A DNA stretch of 64,000 nucleotides, from NCBI GenBank assembly GCA_965649205.1, contig CBFGJV010000009.1, forward strand, positions 28,131 to 92,130. The letters run 5' to 3'. The position numbers were made by a program, and so were the translations under genes. Shown in pieces: positions 60,201 to 64,000 of the stretch (within the stretch, counting starts at the first letter, position 1; the number at the start of each line of letters is the position of its first letter). The notes below the pieces were generated by a model that had not been told where the DNA came from, ran no database searches, and saw only the letters and a list, made by a program, of their open reading frames with translations. The DNA comes from a candidate division WOR-3 bacterium (GTDB lineage Bacteria > Hydrothermota > Tepidihabitantia > Tepidihabitantales > Tepidihabitantaceae).

Positions 60201-60721
60201 TTGCGAACTGCCTTAACGAATGGTCTTTGGTCTGGGACGGTTTCACCAAGAAAGAAAAAATGGGGTTTCTGAATGGCGAGTTGCGTTCGATTGCTGGAAC
60301 CAGTGCGGGCAACTGGAGCGCAATGGTCTCTTCCGGGCCATATACCATCGCGCCTGGAAACAGTCAGATAGTAGCCTTTGCCCTCTGCGGCGCTCCCACC
60401 GAAGACCTATTACGTACTGTTTCCGACACCGCGGCCAACTGGTATTCTCCCCGTTCTGCAGTCTTAGATTCTCACTGTGGCGCCGCGGGTTTGCGCCTCT
60501 TTCCCACGGTTTTTCGGTCCCAGCTCACTGTGGAGTATTCGCAAGGTCGGCCCGGGCTACTTGACCTTGCGGCCTACGACGCTTCCGGCCGGCTTGTCGC
60601 CCTGTTTCGGCCCGCAGCAACCTCAGCGGCCGGCAAAGTTTGCTGGCAACCAGAACTCAAACCTGGCGTGTATTTCATACGCACTAAAGACTGCACAGCC
60701 AAAGTGACAAAAATAGAATAG
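57245..60721 (+). CDS. Secreted C25 (gingipain-like) cysteine peptidase with propeptide and T9SS-type tail
   Basis: PGLPLLP propeptide, YVILAGD, DMYFGDLDG, YVGRLP, His-Cys dyad FAGHG/SVACFTG, LLGDP, tail AYDASGRLV...KPGVYFI. Start CTG 57245 after GGAGG is inferred (alternative TTG 57218). Confidence 0.9.
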   Translation: MKLITCLYFSSLLAFAGSVEVTIALSPAQAGLSAYSDSVLVTLDISQPGLISTWTRQPGLPLLPVLSGNILIPTGADVETMEVIPLGVTELARNVRVLPAQPMRTFAELEAGGFEPAPPNLQVYASDQVYPTEPLSIITAGSKAGFRLAGFLYCPFQYQPVSGRLSLVTKARIRVIYRENVLDAPVLTPSQSALAAEDVARLVLNAGDIHKFGPMTSAKLSPETDIVMFTSPALAPSLVGIRTWLQRKGYFTEIVLIDTINQPGRDRFEKMRNLLKRKFAEEGLKYVILAGDVDQCSLRYGWLPHPTHYIPADMYFGDLDGSWDANCNDKFGEMDGDSVDLFHDIYVGRLPLDSAQDAAKFLAKDTTYEIHPDTSYLNNVLLAHEVMWDFLNYHGGICNRNIAQVLNSQAAWEVDSGLNIGSTRVTNGLNAGRHFFHFAGHGQNDKFGSTYSSSYLRFLTNTTRPCIVYSVACFTGCFDMPPGDCLGEKFLNLQAGAVATMLPARYGWGAPPCMGPNELFDVIFTSNYLSGMNLGRAHGLTRDFLRNESFSQMPTRYCLYVQTLLGDPTMTLWRRPPQPLVVTHPSSIPAGPQMLEIQVSSSDGPVRNARVAVLHSGELLGRAETDLHGRASVPLSTLNEGWQLDLYVTGQDVSIYRATLTVHGGASAPLPVLHRNLVNDPNGRLDPGEESDLRLVVKNRGNATAENLTGILSSTSPYVTITRDTAFYGTLQSGDTAAGTGYRVLVSSACPHGSRLDFSLSLRTGTQEWKTGFELIAGLPNARPGIWATLDTGDYCLAVCANGGIGTTEYRGEGFGFIYPKARRYSTSALMHGSFLIGIDSSWVVDNYYGSPDWTVCPQDFALHESIQPLYPPERGNKEFVAAFTDACHPRPRNVLINHRAFGSARPAHKDFVILEYRIQNRGSSSLSNLYAGVICDFRTPAWNVNDSFDYAGTDSLRKLAFVKSAASGETLALGIRHIYPAAPGFANCLNEWSLVWDGFTKKEKMGFLNGELRSIAGTSAGNWSAMVSSGPYTIAPGNSQIVAFALCGAPTEDLLRTVSDTAANWYSPRSAVLDSHCGAAGLRLFPTVFRSQLTVEYSQGRPGLLDLAAYDASGRLVALFRPAATSAAGKVCWQPELKPGVYFIRTKDCTAKVTKIE

Positions 60722-60730
60722 AACCAGCTT

Positions 60731-62173
60731 CTATTCCAGCTTCACGATACGGTAGCACTGTCTCTGACCAGGTATCTGCACCAGATACACTCCGGCCGGC
60801 AGACCCTGTCCGATCAGGTCACCCCGCTGTACCGCTACTCTGTTTCCGGTCACATCAAACACATTGAGCTGCTCCCGTTCATGCCCATAGACGACGGCGC
60901 AGGTGCGAAATACACTCGGCTGCAAATGCGGCTCCGAGGGCTGCGGTAAAACCGTTTGCTGCAACCCTACATTGCCACTGACATTGCGACGGTAGTAAAT
61001 CTCACGGTTGTAAATATGCCCACCCAGAGGATACCCGTCATGAACCACGTGCACGGTGTTACGCGAAGTAATAACATGATAGTGATGGGTATGGATTGCT
61101 GATTCCGCCGACACGATAAAGTCCGGGTCCCAGCTGACGCCCCGATTGCTGGAATGATTGTAGTGGGTGAGATAGCGTATCATATCCATCCGTACTGCAT
61201 GCACGTGTGGTCCGGAAACGCATAGATTCACGCTCCAGGTATGAGCCTGGTCATCGGAAATCTGCTGTTCTGTTTCCCAAGTTGCACCATTGTCTGTAGA
61301 ACGCAGGTAATAAAACTGGCAGAAGTTGTCTCGCCAGTCAACATAGCCCAGATGAACATACTGCCCCCCCGCCGCAATGCAGGGCGAGTCAGCTCTATCT
61401 GGAGTTGGCACCTGCCATTTCGGCTGCCAGTCTTTACCTCCATTGGTAGAGCGACGGTAATATACTCGTTCATGCCAGAAATTCTCCCAGGCGACATGCA
61501 CATAGGAACCGGATACCGCGATGCTCGGACACCAGTCCCCTCTGGTAGTGCCTATGACAAGCTCCTGCCCCCAGGTTCTACCTCCGTCAAGAGACCGGCG
61601 GCAAAATACATTGTCGTCCCCCGCTTCGCCGTAACGGTCGTCATGAAACACAAGATGCAGTGTACAACCGCTTGCGGCCAGAACCGGAAAATACGCACCC
61701 AGCTCTCCAGTAGAAACGTCGGTCAGTCGTGTCTCCGTACCCCAAGTTTCGCCTGCGTCCGTAGAACGCATATAGTAAATGTCCGACTCCCTCAGTCTAC
61801 CGCGCATATTCCGCTCATCGGTCCACACCAGATGCAGAGTCTCGCGGATAGCCAAAAGCGAAGGATAGCCCTGCCAGAACGAATCAGACACAATGCAACG
61901 TTCCGGCTCCCAGGTGACACCGTTGTCCAAGGACCGACGATAGTACAAATCCCCTTTTCCCGTCTTGTAATCCCACCATACCAGATGTATCGTGTCTCCC
62001 ACAACCGCAATGGGGAACTGCGAATTGTTGGACAAATAGCTGGCACTGTCATGATAGGTCAGACGCCGGGGAATATCCCACTGGGCAATCGCCTGTCCCC
62101 TAAGTATTGCTAATCCCAGAATCGCTCCGACAAAGCATACTCGAAAACCTTCCCTACATAACCACATGTTCAC
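60731..62173 (-). CDS. Secreted BNR/Asp-box repeat (sialidase-like propeller) protein with T9SS-type tail
   Basis: Six (R/H)S.(D/N).G..W Asp-boxes; tail VFDVTGNRV...LPAGVYLV. Confidence 0.82.
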   Translation of the reverse strand: MNMWLCREGFRVCFVGAILGLAILRGQAIAQWDIPRRLTYHDSASYLSNNSQFPIAVVGDTIHLVWWDYKTGKGDLYYRRSLDNGVTWEPERCIVSDSFWQGYPSLLAIRETLHLVWTDERNMRGRLRESDIYYMRSTDAGETWGTETRLTDVSTGELGAYFPVLAASGCTLHLVFHDDRYGEAGDDNVFCRRSLDGGRTWGQELVIGTTRGDWCPSIAVSGSYVHVAWENFWHERVYYRRSTNGGKDWQPKWQVPTPDRADSPCIAAGGQYVHLGYVDWRDNFCQFYYLRSTDNGATWETEQQISDDQAHTWSVNLCVSGPHVHAVRMDMIRYLTHYNHSSNRGVSWDPDFIVSAESAIHTHHYHVITSRNTVHVVHDGYPLGGHIYNREIYYRRNVSGNVGLQQTVLPQPSEPHLQPSVFRTCAVVYGHEREQLNVFDVTGNRVAVQRGDLIGQGLPAGVYLVQIPGQRQCYRIVKLE

Positions 62174-63411
62174 CTCACTAACGTGACTCGTGCCAATGTC
62201 TTCTGATTATCGCCTTGCGCCAACAAAACAAAATAGACGCCCGCGGGTAAACCGCCCAGATCCAGCTCCAGACGATCACCCCGATTTTTCACTCTGTAAG
62301 CAGTTCCAGACACCAGGCGACCTTCCGCTCTGTAAACAAGAACTGAGGCCGCCTGGTCTCTGGTCTCGACTCGGTCAGCAAAACGCAAGCGGACGAACCC
62401 GTTACTCCGTACCAGGTGAGAAGTCACAGAAGAAAACGACATCCTGCCTGTGCAGTTGTCTTGCCTGTCCTCAATACCGGTTGGACCCTCGGTGTACCAT
62501 ACATCCCTTCTTGCTCCAGTATCCCACCCGCCAATTACCCACAGCTTCCCATCAAAAACGGCCGCGCGGTGGTTACTGCGAGGCGTCCACATCGGCGTAC
62601 CTGTTGCCTGTAGTTCCCACCTGATACCGTCGGATGACCTCCATACATCATTCAGTGCTATGCTGCTAAAACCGCCCAGTATCCACATCTCCTTCTGGAA
62701 GACTGCCAGAGCGTGGTAGTAACGTGGTGACCACTCCGCTTCTTCGGTTGCTAGCTTCCAAGTCTGTCCATCCTCAGTGTACCACACGTCATTCAACCGT
62801 TCTGCGGGTTCGCGACATCCACCCATTATCCATAGCTTATGCTGATAGACTGTGGTGGCCGGCATGAATCTTGTCGGCCAGCCGGGATAAGAAACCAGCG
62901 TCCAGTTTACACCGTCGGTGGAATACCAGGCATCTCCAAGCGTACCCACTTCGTTTTCATATCCCCCAATTACCCACATCCGGTCCAGAAACACCGCCGA
63001 TGCATGATGGCTGCGCTGACTCCAGGCGGCATTTGCAGTAGCCCGCACCCAGTCCCTCCCATTGGAGGAGTACCAGACGTCGTTCATTCTACCATCAGGA
63101 CTACTTCCCCCCATAATCCATATCTTGTTGTTAAAGACAACTGCGCTGTGGCAGTACCGTGCAGCCCAGGGCGCTCGTCCGTTGACCAGTACCCAATTCA
63201 CCCCGTCAACAGAAGACCAGACGTCGTTCTTGACTCCTCCGTCCAACCCACCTATGACCCAGAGCTTACCATCAAAAGCAACACAGGCGTGGCCCTCTCT
63301 TCCTGACCAGGGAGCGGTCGAAGTCGCCTGAACCCACACCATCTGGGCTTCCAGTAGTGACACTAGACTCACCACATAACCGCCGACTGTACCCAGACGC
63401 AGGAGCTGCAT
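62170..63411 (-). CDS. Secreted kelch-like repeat protein with T9SS-type tail
   Basis: Six W..R..H....F..K.W.IGG....NDVW.S.DG..W repeats; tail LPAGVYFV. Confidence 0.85.
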   Translation of the reverse strand: MQLLRLGTVGGYVVSLVSLLEAQMVWVQATSTAPWSGREGHACVAFDGKLWVIGGLDGGVKNDVWSSVDGVNWVLVNGRAPWAARYCHSAVVFNNKIWIMGGSSPDGRMNDVWYSSNGRDWVRATANAAWSQRSHHASAVFLDRMWVIGGYENEVGTLGDAWYSTDGVNWTLVSYPGWPTRFMPATTVYQHKLWIMGGCREPAERLNDVWYTEDGQTWKLATEEAEWSPRYYHALAVFQKEMWILGGFSSIALNDVWRSSDGIRWELQATGTPMWTPRSNHRAAVFDGKLWVIGGWDTGARRDVWYTEGPTGIEDRQDNCTGRMSFSSVTSHLVRSNGFVRLRFADRVETRDQAASVLVYRAEGRLVSGTAYRVKNRGDRLELDLGGLPAGVYFVLLAQGDNQKTLARVTLVR

Positions 63412-63416
63412 TTAAC

Positions 63417-64000
63417 TCACCTTGTCACCACCAGCTTTTGGGATACACTCACGCCCACACCATCCACTCGCACAAGATACACACCACTGCTCAAATGCCG
63501 CAGGTCTAGCACCGCGCCCCGCTGCAGGCTCCTAACCTCCACAGGACGAGATACTACACACCGACCCGCCGCATCGTACACCCGCACCTGCGCTCCCGTG
63601 CTTCTGTACCCCTCCAACCTCAACACCGCAAAGCCACCCGCCAAAGGATTCGGCGCTATCCTCATTACTCCCACAGACCGCTGCGCCCAACCCTGATTCC
63701 CTTCACTCGGCCGCGCAATACTCGAAGCAAAAAACGCTCCCAAACCATATCGCCAAAACTCATACGTCTTGTTGCCCTTCAAAAGGAAGAACGCACGGTC
63801 GTTCCAATTTGCCAGGCTGCCACCCGCCTTCACTACTCCCTTGGTCCCGCTCGCCCCTGTCCTCGGTATCGTGTCCAACGCCGTCCAGCTGTCGCCTACA
63901 GGATTGTACCGGTAGAAGTTCTGGCTCCCACCGCCTTTCACCGCATAAATCCGACCCGCATACCACACCGCACCAGCTCCGTCCTTCGACTTCTTCTTCT
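63417..64000 (-). CDS. C-terminal part of a secreted kelch/T9SS-tail protein, paralog of 8262..13757 (5' end outside the window)
   Basis: KKSKDGAG.VW..G.IYAVKGGGSQ.F.RY.P.GDSW..LDTIPRTG and LKGNKT.EFWRY are shared with the 1831-aa protein. Confidence 0.88.
   Translation of the reverse strand, partial: KKKSKDGAGAVWYAGRIYAVKGGGSQNFYRYNPVGDSWTALDTIPRTGASGTKGVVKAGGSLANWNDRAFFLLKGNKTYEFWRYGLGAFFASSIARPSEGNQGWAQRSVGVMRIAPNPLAGGFAVLRLEGYRSTGAQVRVYDAAGRCVVSRPVEVRSLQRGAVLDLRHLSSGVYLVRVDGVGVSVSQKLVVTR

Noticed and set aside
63417..64000. Possible DGR template/variable repeat pair with 8262-8860
   Set aside because: Differences are not adenine-specific and include indels, and there is no reverse transcriptase in the window; ordinary paralogy explains it.
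1..64000. CRISPR array, tRNA, rRNA, transposase or integrase
   Set aside because: None recognised by eye in the intergenic regions or the ORF track; tRNAscan-SE, Infernal and a CRISPR finder would be needed to exclude them formally.

Overview
Bacterial chromosomal window, mostly housekeeping. Gene content (kelch, C25 and M14 secreted proteins with T9SS/FlgD-like C-terminal tails, plus a PorX-like regulator) suggests a diderm of the FCB group such as candidate division WOR-3; this taxonomy is inference. It holds a grpE-dnaK-dnaJ-rsmE-rpsU-mutS2-dnaG operon, a cmk-plsC-ispH-rpsA-mtaB-skp-fabZ-folC operon, a cobalamin riboswitch with a BtuB-like receptor, lptFG, plsY-gpsA, a CoA-transferase/acyl-CoA dehydrogenase cluster, an xseA-xseB-herA-ygiQ cluster and at least seven secreted proteins with similar C-terminal sorting tails. 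I saw no rRNA, tRNA, CRISPR array or intact mobile element. The most unusual signal is in initiation. Three genes appear to start at ATC (two leaderless, one SD-led) and one at CTG, several others look leaderless, and most sigma70-like promoters I could find have 16-bp spacers. Other items worth checking: a HerA ATPase next to ExoVII with no NurA/Sir2 partner, a degenerate ACAD paralog suggesting a heteromeric enzyme, an hsdR remnant between direct repeats, an orphan sorting-tail mini-ORF, and a candidate structured RNA.
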